A DNA stretch of 64,000 nucleotides from Paramecium tetraurelia (lineage: Eukaryota): NCBI GenBank assembly GCA_000165425.1, contig CT868407.1:137204-201203 (forward strand), written 5' to 3'. Positions 38,657 to 53,144 of this stretch are shown one piece after another (within the stretch, counting starts at the first letter, position 1; every line of letters starts with the position of its first letter). A program made the translations under genes and the position numbers. A model generated the notes under the pieces. The model worked only from the letters and a program-made list of their open reading frames with translations, did not search any database and was not told the origin of the DNA.

Positions 38657-41600
38657 TCATTTATTGATCTTGGCCACTCTAGCTTACAATTTCTGGATTG
38701 CAGGTTCAATGCTCTTTTATTCTCCAATTTTAGTTTTTATTAATTGAGGCACAACCTAAGAACTTTGAACAGCTTCCTATTAATAGTTATAAACCTAAGA
38801 AATGGATTTCGATAGTTGTTGTGCTGATTTAATCGGTGGATCTACTTGACTCAAAGAATAAATCTCCTATCTGTTTTGTTGAGTTTTCTATTATGGAACT
38901 AATATGTTAGGTTATTGGAACATTTTTTGTATCAAATCTGACAAAGAAACCAATAAAGTTTGGATTCCTATTGATAACTCTTCATCAGGATCTAAACTGT
39001 CCAATTATTGTAGAGTATCATCAATAACTGGCAAAGCCGATTTGGCATTAGCATCCCTTGATGCTTCAATTTGAGAACGATAGAATTCAAATTTGACTAT
39101 AGCTTGTTTATTTGTAAGTTTTCTATTTGGATTTGTAATTTTTGGCTGATTTACTAACATTTCTATATGCGATTTCAAGCATTGTTCATTCTTACTTCTG
39201 CAGACAGGAATCAACATTTAGAAATGATTTGAGCATTCTCTACAAATAGTTTAACTAGATTCTCCACATTCTATACAACTAAATGTTCCAGTGTCTCCAG
39301 ATTCCAGAGTGTGATTCTATGGAAATTGGTTAATACCTCTACGTTTGAAACTTCGAACATAGAGAGAGTGTAGTAATTATCTCACAAATTCAAGATACAT
39401 TTATTTTGCTTTTTCTGGTGCTAATGTAGTTTATTAATTTTTAGTTTTATTTAAAATGTTAGCATTATAAATGCTAGAATAGACTAATTGAACAAGAATT
39501 TCCAAATGCTGATTTGCATCTTAATGAGGTATTTGTGAATATTGATAAGTCTTTCCTCGTTTATCATATTAAGTCTTTATTTTATCATAAAGATAGAGGA
39601 TGATGGGTTTGTTGACATCACTCTTAATCTTAGTATCCTAAGGTTTGAGTCTTGTGAAATCAGCGAATGAAGATACGAATCCCTCAACTTATTATATATG
39701 CTATTGTCTTTCTGCATAAATAAGCATAATCGTCTGGTTGTCAGATGATAAGAATTGAGTGCTTTTACCTTTTTAAGCATTTTATTTCACTTCTTAGATC
39801 TACTCTTAAGTCAATTGGGTCTAAATATATTTAAGTAAATACCTGTTTGTCTACTAACTTTGCCAATGAACCAAACTATTTCTTTTTCAATTGAGATATC
39901 AGATTCAAAGATGAAACATCAGGGCCTAAATACAATTTATGATGTTTGCCTTAATATTTTTATAAGCTTTAAAGGATCTTTTAATCTTTGATTCCATAGA
40001 TGAAGTCTAACACATACCCTTTCATTCCATCAGAAAGTGAGATAAGACCTTCCACACTATGATTTTGATAAAAGATAGGTGAGTCGAGAGTTAAGAATTC
40101 CTCCGGTTGGTAATTGTTTTTGAAATTCTTACTTATCTTTTCAAAAATGAAGGAATAATCTTCTAATTCATCAATCCGGATTTCCTTACAAATATGACCA
40201 AATGTCACATAATCTATTATGTGATCAAATCTAACTCTTTTGATTTCTCTCATACCCAACAATTAGATGTAGAAAATGTAGATTAGTGCTGTGATAAATG
40301 ACTCCAAAATATCTTCATCAATTCTAATGCATTAGCGTTTGTTTGATATTTGACAGATGTACTTGAAGATGCTTTAATCAAAATACAATTTAAATAATTC
40401 ATAGGGATCACAGATTTCAATGTCTTCTCCCACATCAACTCTAAACTTTTCATTCATATAATAATCCTTAGGAATGTCTGTATTAAAATTAATTTCTTGC
40501 CAATGTTACTATTGTATGGATTGCTAAGTTCCACAAATTAAATTGCCAGCCTTCTTAAAATCGATGAATGCCTGACTATCCATGACTTCATCCAAAAAAT
40601 CAGAATCATTCTCCTCTATTGTTGGCTAAGCAACACTTTATCTCTTAACACTTTCTTGTAACTTAGCTTATAGTTTAATTTAGGACTCCCTCAATTAAGA
40701 TTGTTAATGACTACTCAACTGTTCCTTATTTTTTTTTACTTGATTTAGTTCATAAGTGATGTTCTTTTCCAATATCTACTATTAAAATATAGGTTATTGT
40801 CTGCTTGGCATGATGGGAGGTCTATCAACTTAATATGAGGATGTATATTATTATGTTATCATATCTCTTACTCTGGGAGGACTATTGCTAAATCTGGATT
40901 GATTTTGATTCATTCCTAGAAATTTATGATTTATAGACTATTAAGCAGCTTAAGACGTAGAGATCATTTAAACTGAACTAACTGTCGGTAGCAATTTTGG
41001 ATTTGATCCAGCATGAGGTGGTATAAAAGGTTGACTCTTTCTATCTTATTTATTTGGATACCATGCTCCTGTTCCTAAAGGCACATCAGAAACTTCTTAG
41101 ATTGCAGTTGTTTATTAGGATTAAGTTGGGGCAACTGATTTTTCTCTAATTTCTTAGAATTTCGAAAGTATATTTTGAATTTATTATTGAGGTTATGGTG
41201 GAGGAGGAGGTTACCTTTACGGTAGAACACTAGTTTTAATAAATTGAATTCCTCCATTTTGTGGTTGTGATTGATCTTCAAAGGTGACATTTGCTCTTTT
41301 TTTACCTTGTTATTTCTTAAGTCCTGCCTTTGGAGGTACAATCATTGGTTTTTTAAGAATGCCTCCATCTTAATTTGCATTTTCTTATTCTAAATCTTGA
41401 GCAATAATAGCTTCTAGAAAGTCAGGTTTATTTGCAAAATGTTCTACAAGGACTTAAAATTATTTTTATTTCTGCACTTGATTGAGTGTTGTTTATGGAT
41501 TCTTTAGAATTGAACCAGAAATGATCACATCATTATTATTATTATTATTATTGTTATTATTATTATTCATGATTTTACTATCAGAGATTGCTACCTTTTT

Positions 41601-41933
41601 GATTAAGACATCCTTAATCTCATCTAAATCTTAATCAGTCATTTTAGAAGTGATTTTTTCTAATTTCTTAATTGATTTCTTTTTCCATCTTAATGCATAA
41701 GGTCTACGCAACATTTATTCTTCTTCTAGTTATTACCTTTCAATATCTTCTGTGTTTTCTTAGTTCGATTATTCTGCTTATGGTTATGGTTATTGCACTA
41801 TTTATTATTAGGTTTATTATTTTTATTCTTATATTGGAGTTGGAATGACAATATCCTATGGATTTTATATCAATTAAATTGATTCATCGCTTTCCACTTC
41901 ATAATCAATGACACCTAATTCTTCATTAAACAT
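38657..41933 (-). CDS. PGML: Domesticated piggyBac transposase, PiggyMac-like (PgmL type), ~1084 aa
   Basis: DDE_Tnp_1_7-like motifs in order: PYELFKLYF, FKNNYQPEEFLTLDS, DGMKGYVLDFIYG, HKLYLGP…SSLNL, KPIILYLYDKIKTQYD, SIYNANIL. A Cys-rich domain follows (H…CIEC…CREC…VC…CLKSH). Long Q/P-rich N-terminus; 22-nt intron 39821-39842; no terminal inverted repeats seen. Confidence 0.85.
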
Positions 41934-42052
41934 TGCTTTAAAAATATTTAATTCCGATGTTATTTAATTGTGAACTTGTCACTGTGTCAAAAATTTGACA
42001 TACATTTTAAAATATATTATTTATATGTTTAGTATATATATATATAGATCAG

Positions 42053-44246
42053 TCATCTTCCTGCTCTTACTCTTCTTCAATCTTCATCAAATAGGAATTA
42101 ATCTATTAATCCAACAAGTCCTTAAGTTTCTCCTTCATATTCTCATCCAATTCTAATTAATGTTTAATAAATATTATTACTGTGTTCTTTAGCAAACTTA
42201 TTAGCCAAACTGACTGAAGTATCCCCTTCGAACACTACAATTCTAGCACTTTTGCCATCCTCAATCTTAACATCTACATACAACATGGGAGTGGTCTTGT
42301 CACTAATTGGTCTACTCTTATTCTTCTTTTATTTTGGTTCATTGTTGAGTACATTTTCAGTGAGACACTTCTCCTTTCTTCTAATAGTATTATTAGTAGT
42401 AGTTCCCTTGTTCTTTAAATTGGCAAGAGTCTTCTATCTCAATCTAGCTTCCTTCATTCTGGCTGCCTATTTTTCCATCTCTTGAGAAGCATAATTACTA
42501 GCTTAGGTCTTTGAGGCTGGTTTACTAATCTATGGTTGGAATGTGCAATGCTATTATTGATTATCGAATTCCACATCCACAGTTGTTCTATCCTCCTACT
42601 TTTAGAGAGGCTTAGCTAATTGATGTAAATCTATAGTAATTTCTCTCTAGATGGATTTACACTCTTTCATTCTTTCATCATCTACTTGTTTCTTTAACTC
42701 TTCTAAACCCTACTTCTTCTTCTCCTCTTATTGAGTAAACCATTCAAACAATGATGAATCTTATCTCTTAGCTTCAGCCAATTGTTTAGTTCTATCTGAT
42801 ATCTTGGGTGATCCACATCTGATGTCAGGCTATGGAGAACGAGCCATTCTTCTTCTAACTCCATTTCCATTCTGTTGTTTAGTATTCAAATATAATTTGT
42901 AGAACATCTTGTGTAATTCTTAACAATCACCAACACTCAATATCAGATTTCCATTCTCATCACATTAATATTTAGACTTAACTTAAATGTTTTCTTCCAC
43001 CTTAGGTTTATACAATGGTATTTCTATTAAGTGTTATGGTACTGCTTGGATGGCTAGTAAGATAACCAGTAGGTTTCTTGATAATACATAAAATCCATTA
43101 TTCAATTCATTCCATAACATATCACATTATCCGCAACCTAGTCCTTCTAATATTTTTTAAAAGTCATCCTAATATATCTCAGAATAATCCTTTGTTTCTT
43201 GAACTCTATCCAAGCCACTCAATTAATAATAGAATTCCTTAATGAATCTCTGTACAAACCAAGATTGACTCTTGTCAGTAGGTGATATTACTGATTATGG
43301 AATCATAGTTTCAGTTTGTTTCTTTTATTCTAACCTATTTTTAGCATCATTATATAAGAAATCTTAGACTGATTCTTCTCTTTTGATTTCCTTGGATTTC
43401 TTGGATATCTAGGGTTTGAATGAGAGACCTAAAGTGGAATCTGGTAATGTTTAGGTTTTAGACTTGACTTCATGTAATCTTTCAACAAGAGGCTACTCAC
43501 AATATTTCAATGTTAATTTCTAAGTTTTAACAGTTAATTTTGGACTAGACAACTCTGCTTTTTCATCTTCCTCTTATTGTTTTTAGAGTATTTCTCTCTT
43601 TTCATTGACTTTTTGGAGATGTCTCATTTATTATTCATGAAATTCATCTGCAGATCGAACCTCTTGATTTGTAGCTTTTATGGCCATTCTTCTACTTTTC
43701 TCATCTATTTAAGGTTGAAAGCTGCATTGACTCAAGTACTCGGCATCCAATTGGTCTTTGAGTGTTTGTTTCTTGTCACTTACAAAGGTTTTATATTCAA
43801 GGAGTCTATTGCAGACTTCAGGAGTCTTGTCTCCATTTTGATTGGGTAGGGAATGTAATCTTTCAGGAGACAACAACAATTTCTAATCCTTCACATGGAA
43901 GGCTCTTTGAGATTTCTAGGCTTCTAGTGTGTCTGGAATGTGATTATAAAGTTATTAGGCGAGAACTGTGAATTTGGAAGGAGACACAGCTACTGTTCTG
44001 GTTTGCCATTGGTTAGGTTTTTCAGAAACAGTGGTTTACATTTATTTAGAAGGACGGTTGTTTTCCTTTTTGGGTTTATCACCATAAACAAGTGATTGTG
44101 CCAATTCACCAGGCTTAGACTTGCCATACATATTTGATAATTGATCTAGAGTATGAAGGCAAATGCTTACTTAGAGATGTGATTTATTGACGATTATTGT
44201 CTCTCTATTTCATGGAGGCATCATTATTCTAACTCATAACTGACAT
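42053..44246 (-). CDS. Charged coiled-coil protein with xTFxP repeats and a C-terminal PFU-like domain
   Basis: SFKPQI, CTFQPQI and LHQLAK motifs; C-terminal YVDVKIEDGKSARIVVFEGD…LANKFAKEH. Confidence 0.65.
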
Positions 44247-44268
44247 TTTAATAATAAAATTATATTTA

Positions 44269-45592
44269 TCAATAAATTGTACATTATCCACAACTTTTAC
44301 GCTCTTTCTATTGGGGTGGAGGTGAAATTACTTATGCATTTTCTATTTATTGAATTTCCACTTGTTGATTTTAATTTTACTTTTCTTCCTCTTCCTACTC
44401 TTTCTCTGAGTCTCTTTATAAAAATTGTATTTATCCCAAGTTGTTGATATCTTCATTACTTTGAATGATTTCATGAACTCTTTTCTGATTGAAGTCTGGA
44501 CCATAGGTATTGAAGATGAATTCATTGACAGCTATATTTTGCCATTCAATTTGACAGATGATGTAGATCTTGCATGGCCTATTAAAATTCCAATTGATCC
44601 ATACTTCTTTATTAGATTGATGGTGCTACTAATTCAGAATTGTATCTCCATATATCATTTAAATTTAACAAGGTGAAATAACATATTTCAAATGTGGTTT
44701 ATTACGAAACCATCGTTTATTTTTTTAGTTTACTGTAAAAAAATAGTTTCCTGGAGCCTTAATTTCTATCTCAAAATAAACAGGTTCTAGAACATCTGAA
44801 GTGACTTTCTCACTCTGATATTGATATCCATCAAAATGATAACAACACTCAATACTAGCAAATCTTTATTTAAATTCCTCAAAAGTCAGTGTATGTTAAT
44901 CTCTGTTCTTTAATCCCCAAGGATTTCTAACAATGATTTAATCGTCATCAATCTTGAGTATTGAGTAAGCATGATTTGTTGCGAAAACATTATCTATCTA
45001 TTATTTTTTACTGTTTGCACCAACTGGAAAATGCAATGCTCCAATTTCATTAATAATCTCTTTAAAATTAGGATCCCTGGTTCGAAACTTATTCGTTGGT
45101 GCTCCAGTCAACACTTTAAAGGTAGTTCTAAAATTAAGATATTTTAGTAATGATACCTGTTGAACCCAGCACTTATCTACTAATAAGACCCATAGAGTTT
45201 GGCCCAGGCCTTTTCTAAGATCATTGCCCATAGAGCACCATCAACCAATTTACTATAAGCCACTTTCTGTTTCTCCTCATTGTAAGGAAAGTGATGATCC
45301 ACTGTAATTTGTTGCCAATCTCCATCAATGCAGAATCTTACGGTTGTAAAATCGCTATCATGTGATTGGAAAAGTGATTTAATTTGTTATGGCCTAGTAT
45401 ATTATCTCCAGAGTACTTTGCAGCATAGACGGCAACCAATGGTGCAATCCAATAACAATTGCCTAATTTCCCTTGTTTTGGAAATTAAGAACTTTGTTCA
45501 ACAAAGAGTGGAAAATCATTAAATGCCTTCCAAGCTAAGCTTTTCTTCTTGCCTACATTCTCTATGGTTGGTGGAAACTCTTAGTCAATCAT
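44269..45592 (-). CDS. Calpain-family cysteine protease (peptidase C2) with C-terminal CaaX
   Basis: MIDQEFPP, QGKLGNCYW (Cys), WAMILEKAWAKLYGSY, NHAYSIL (His), VRNPWG (Asn); ends SCGQCTIY*. Confidence 0.92.
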
Positions 45593-45599
45593 TAAATAA

Positions 45600-48265
45600 A
45601 TGAATAATTTTAAAACAAGCACCAAAGTAATTTAGTTCAACTAATTTTGTATAGAGTGATAAAATTAAGGTTCTGAATGTAGCAGAGAAACCATCTGTGG
45701 CTAGATCCATTGCAAATGTGCTTAGTAAAGATCATCGTATTGAAGAAACCAAATCCCCATTTAACAAGCTATTCAAGTTGGATTATAGATTAAAAGATGT
45801 GGAAGTGGAGATGTGGATCACGTCTGTTACTGGGCACTTGAAGAGTTTGAAGTATCCCCAAAAATACCAGAGTTGGGAGAAGTGGGATCCAATCATAATT
45901 TTAAAGGAAGCTGAAATAGAAAACAATATATCAACAGATAAGTGTAAGTAAGTATCACATAGCAATTAGAAAACTTAGAATTGAATCTAAAAAACTTTGC
46001 TTCGATCTGTAATCGCTTAATCCTTTGGTTGGATTGTGATAGAGAAGGTGAAAATATAGCATTTGAAGTGATGGAAGTATGTCGAGAAGCTAATCCCAAT
46101 ATTCAAGTGAATCGAGCTCATTTTTCAGCCGTCACTTATGTTGATGTTCGAAGAGTAAATTTAATAATATTAAATAATAATTTTAGGCCTTAGATACATT
46201 GAAATATCCAGATCAAAACTTATCGAATTCAGTCATAGCCAGATAAGAGATAGATCTCAGGATTGGTGCATCCTTCACTAGATTTCAAACTTTATTACTC
46301 TAAAAACAATTTAATCTATCATCTATAGTAAGTTATGGTCCATGTCAAATACCCACTCTTGGTTTCGTAGTTCAAAGACAGAAAGAGATCGACTCATTTG
46401 TCAAAGAGTAGTTTTGGTTCATCTAAAGTGAAGATGATTAGAAATGCATATATAACTGGGATCGTACGCATTTATTTGATGAATTTATTGTTGCCTTGTT
46501 GTTTGAGAGATGTTATTAAGAAAGTGCTACAGTGATTAATGTGTAATAAAAGGATGTTCAAAAATGGAAACCCTATCCCTTGTGTACCATAGAATTCGAA
46601 AAGTTGGCATCTAAGAAATTAAGGATCTCAGCACACAAGGCAATGGAATTAGCAGAGAGATTATATAATAAAGGATACATCAGTTATCCAAGAACAGAAA
46701 CCAACAAATTCCCACCTACTATCAATCTATAAACTATCATCAGAGATCAATAGAATCATCCAGTGTGGGGAGAATATGCAACCAATCTACTCAACTTCGC
46801 TTTTGAATATCCTAAAGCAGGAAATAAAGATGATAAAGCACATCCTCCAATACATCCAGTTAAAATGATGATTGAAAATGAAGCACAAAATAAATAGGAA
46901 TGGGATGTTTATCAACTTATTACCAGGCATTTCTTAGCCTGTTGCTCCAAAAATGCCAAAGGATCTGAAACTACTATTACTTTATAAATTAACGATGAGA
47001 CCTTCTCTAAATCAGGACTGGTTATTAAAGAAAAGAATTATTTAGAAATATACATCTATGAAGAATGGTCTCAATCTTAGGTTCCAAATTATCAATAAGG
47101 AGATTCTATCAAAATCAAATTAACACTTTAAAAAGGATCAACCTCTCCTCCTAAACCTATGACTGAAGCTGAACTCATAGGCTTGATGGATAAAAATGGC
47201 ATAGGAACTGATGCTACAATTCATGAACATATCAATACTATTTAAGATAGAGAGTATGCAACCAAGAGAGGTTAAATCATTAAACCTACCAAAATTGGAC
47301 TTGCTCTCGTTGAATCCTATGAAATTTTGGGCTTTACTTTGCATTAACCATTTCTAAGAGCAGTAATGGAACAAAGGATGAATGAAGTTGCCCTAGGGAA
47401 GAAAGAGAAATCTTAGATAGTTCAAGCAACTATAAATGAAATGACTATTATTTTAAAATAACTTTAAGAGAAGTAAAATTTAATCATAAAGACATTTGGA
47501 TCATATTTGGAGGCTCTAAAAAATTATGATGAAGACAATGATAATGATGATAATAATAATCAACCAAGAATACCATTAGATGAAGGAGAAGAAACCACCT
47601 AGAATTAGCCAAAAGCAAATAAAAAAACTAGGAATTAAAGAAATAAGAAATCAGATGAATTACCAAAAAATTCAATATTACCTCCTTCAATTTGTTAATT
47701 TTGTAATTCCTTATGTGTTACTAATAAATAATTAAATGGAAAATTAATCTAGATTTGTCCCAAGCTCTGTCAAATCTAAGAAGATATTAACTAAAATGGC
47801 CATCATCAATCTACACAAAACAAAGATAACTGTTTTTAATGTAATTTATGCTAAAATTTCATGAAAATTAGATATTCAAAGATTAAAAAAACTAATTTTT
47901 TGGGATGCTCCTCCTATCCATAATGCAACTAAGCCATTTTTCTGCCAGATACTGTTAAATCAATTAAATTGATTGATAAAAAATGTACCAAATGTGGATC
48001 ACCTTTGTTTTCACTTTAATTTAATGAAAATTATAACTAAGTTCATTAAGCCTCCTTTTTTTGTTTATTTCCAGGTTGTTAATTTATCATAAAAACTGAT
48101 TGGAAATAAAATAAAGACTCAAATCAAACTTCATTTGTTGGTAAGCAATAAAATAAAGTTGAAAACACTGGAAAGTACCCATTCAACCCTCATTAATAAA
48201 ATAAGAATTTCTATAATAAAGAAAAATCAAATAATTAATAAAAGTTTCCTTATTAAAAAAATTGA
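45600..48265 (+). CDS. TOP3: DNA topoisomerase III (type IA), TOP3A-like with C-terminal Zn ribbons
   Basis: VLNVAEKPS, TSVTGHL, LWLDCDREGENI, RQEIDLRIGASFTR, SYGPCQIPTLGF, GYISYPRTET, AHPPIHP, GIGTDAT, FLGCSSYPQC. Confidence 0.97.
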
Positions 48266-49914
48266 AGAATACTGAAATATATATACAATTCATACATATA
48301 TTTTAATATTATATCAAAAATATATATGAGCTTTATATTATTGGCCTATATTAAAAATTTTATTTAGCTAATCGAATTGAATAAGGAAATTGCTCTTCTG
48401 TAGTATATTATATACTCAAAAATGAAGAGGTAAAAAGGATTTGCCTAGACTAGATCAATCCATAAAAAAATATATGGACGGTAAAATACAAAAATGGAGG
48501 GTCAAAAATAATAATATATTATCAATTTTAAATTTTGAATTCACAATTTATTTTTTATGATTCAAATAATTGATTAATATGTAAAATTTTCACAACTTAT
48601 TTCTCATCTTTTGACTTCAAAAACAAATTCATGATTTGGGAACACATAAATATATCATATTATATTAGAATCCATCTTTGTCTCTGTAGCTAAGGCTAAT
48701 CAAATAGTGGGCTCAGATGATTCTATGTACACTGCTTTAGTACTTAAGCGATTCAATTTATCAGACCAATATTCAACAATTACTTTATATAGTTACTTTG
48801 GATAGATGTTTCAGAATTAAGTTAGAGTAAGTAAATTAGGTTAGTTATTGAAAAACTTGATGAAAATTAAGTTATAGATTGAATTATAAAATTATTGCAC
48901 CTAAAGAAAATAAAATTAGGATTTGAATAAGATAGGTTGCCAGATAAGAAAAGGCTGATTAAAATGCTTTACTCATTATATGAGAATTGCTATTGCTTTA
49001 AATCAGTTGGAACAAAATTATCGTATATTTGGCCTTCAAAGGACAATTATTACTTAAGATTATTCGAATCCTTAAACATTAAATACACCTATGGGAAGAA
49101 TAAAGAGGCTACAGATATTTTAAAAGAACACCTGAATAATTTAAATAAAGAAATTTGAAGAGAAAACAAAAAACATAGAGTATGATCGTAAAATATTCTA
49201 GAGATCGTAAAAAAGATGATAATTGATATAATATTAATAAATTATAAATAACCAAAATGTGATATTATCATATTGCTGGATTAATATTTATATGTTTATT
49301 TAAATTTTGGAATCCATTAGTGTTTATTTGAGTTACTGTAACTTTGATTGTTTTTGGGGAATGAGGTTTTTTAAATTGAATTTAACAAGTTATATTAAAC
49401 TTTGGTTTAAAATTCGAGTTTTAATACCTATTAAATTTAAGGTTAACTTTTTATCGATAGTTTTATTATTTTATAACTGTAGTATTTATAAAGCCTAAAA
49501 CAATAAATATTAATGAATCTGTAGATCATCTATTCTTGCCATCATATTCTTGAAAAACCAAATACTTAAAAAAATATTGGAATAAAGTAAAATAGAACCT
49601 TAAAAACAGACTTTGTAATTTAGTTATACGATTTGTTATTAGATTAATACACTATTTAATGAATTGGCCTAGGGATAAATTGAATAAACTATGTTCTTAA
49701 AAACCTCATATTTGAATAGCAGATTCTTAAAATTAATTCATTTTTCATTATACGTTAGTACTACATGAAAAATAATTATTATTTACTAAAATTTCGGACC
49801 TTCTAACATTAATTTAATATAAATGAGGTTTGGGAAAAAAAACTAAAAGGAAATCTTTATCCATTCATTTCATAAAATAAATTCATGTTTAATATATATT
49901 AATATAATAATTTA

Positions 49915-50556
49915 ATGTCAATCGATTGGAAATATGATATGTCAATGGGTGAGGTTATTGATTTTTTAGAAAGTAAATGTTCAATTTGATAAATAGATAA
50001 TAGCCTCTCAAAATAATAATACAAAGATGTTATTTTAAGTTACCATATCTAAAGATTAAATCAAAACAAAATTATAAAATCGACAACTCAGACTTCAGGT
50101 CAAAAACAACAACATTTAGTCACCACATTATCTCAAAAAATAGCAGACGCGATTAAGAGTCATTAACGGATCTTTAATGATTAATTCTTTCATACCGAGG
50201 CAATGTTTTAATAAATTCTCACTCAAAATGTTCAATAGCTTAATGAGAGTATGGAAAAAGTTAGTACTCAATTGTTGAATTTGGCTCAATCCAAAAGTAT
50301 TAATTCAACTTTGTCTATACTCGAAAAAACATAACAATTTGAAAAATATGATTCTACAATTAGTGGTATTAGCGATGTCCAATCTGAGTTGAATTAATTA
50401 GAGAAATTTCTGTCAGAATACAAGTTAAGGTTTAAAGAACTAACTGATAAATTGAGAAATCACCAAAATAAATTTAACGATGAAAGAAAAAATAATAAGA
50501 CTCAACAAGAACAGCTTCTAAAAAATATATTGGATATTTCAAATTAATAATAGTGA
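49915..50556 (+). CDS. Coiled-coil hypothetical protein
   Basis: Open after removing a 24-nt intron (49973-49996) that contains an in-frame TGA. Confidence 0.65.
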
Positions 50557-51680
50557 ATTTATCATAGGAAAACATTAATATTTTGTTATTATCTTTTATT
50601 TATAAATTCTCATTGATACTTTTTCCCTCGTTAGAAAATATTTCATTATTTATATAATAATCGTTTTTATTTTTATTCAAGTTACTTTTATTCGTTGTAG
50701 AAAAATAAAATCATCATTACTTTAAATTAACATTAATCAACAATTCATTTCAAATAAATTAATGTTTAATTATCAAATTTCTGTTGACTAAAGTAATAAT
50801 TATTTTATTTTTTTCTCCTTGTATATACCATAGTATCCAAGGGTATTAAATTTCATTTTTTCGATTTTCTATTCGACCATACTCCATGTTCTCTTAATAC
50901 AAGAAATTCTCGCTTTTCTGTATGTTAATAGAATTGTTTTTCAGTCAAATTATGTTAATACCAAAACAGCATCTTATTTTAACTTTAATTAATTTCCTCC
51001 AAACTGTAGATTACATTCGAAAGGCAAGAAGTTTAAAATTTGATTCTCAAAATATTGATTGTAAATTGGACCAAATTTGTGATTAAAATATTGACTCTAA
51101 AGTTGTGAAGCATTCTAAATGAGCCATTTCTAAAAAGAAAAATACTTAGTTTACTAAATTTCACAATAAAAGCATTTTATTAATCAACTAATAAGAAAAA
51201 TACTCTTCAATTGAATTCATAATCTGAAGGTTAAAAATAAAATGATTTAAGTTAAAAATTAGATTGTAAAAACTCGCTAATAATTATAAGCAATAAGATA
51301 ACCAAAGATCCAATAATTCAATGAATGACATACAAACTTAATTATTTAAACTTATAAGAAACAGGGTGATTGAGAAAAAGGAATTAGTAATTAATTTCAT
51401 AAAATCTGAAATACTATAAACTATGTTTCTCTTTATTTTTAACCAACTTCTAATTTCTCATTTAAAACTTATTTATAACTTGATTTTTTTAGATTTGTAT
51501 TGTCTATAATTGAACTCGATATATATAATTAAAACAAAGGGGAATTATATTAAATGAGGTGAGTAAATTTGAATTCCAAACTGAATTTTCTTAAGTATTT
51601 AGAATATAGAAAGAGCATAGTTATTTGAGGGTTGGTTAGCCTGACTGTTGTACTATAATGTGATTATTATAAATTATATT

Positions 51681-53141
<1,461 letters not shown>

Positions 53142-53144
53142 TAT

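Noticed and set aside
38340..42050. Autonomous piggyBac transposon
   Set aside because: No terminal inverted repeats found by eye, the second catalytic Asp is absent, the gene has an intron and it sits tightly among host genes.
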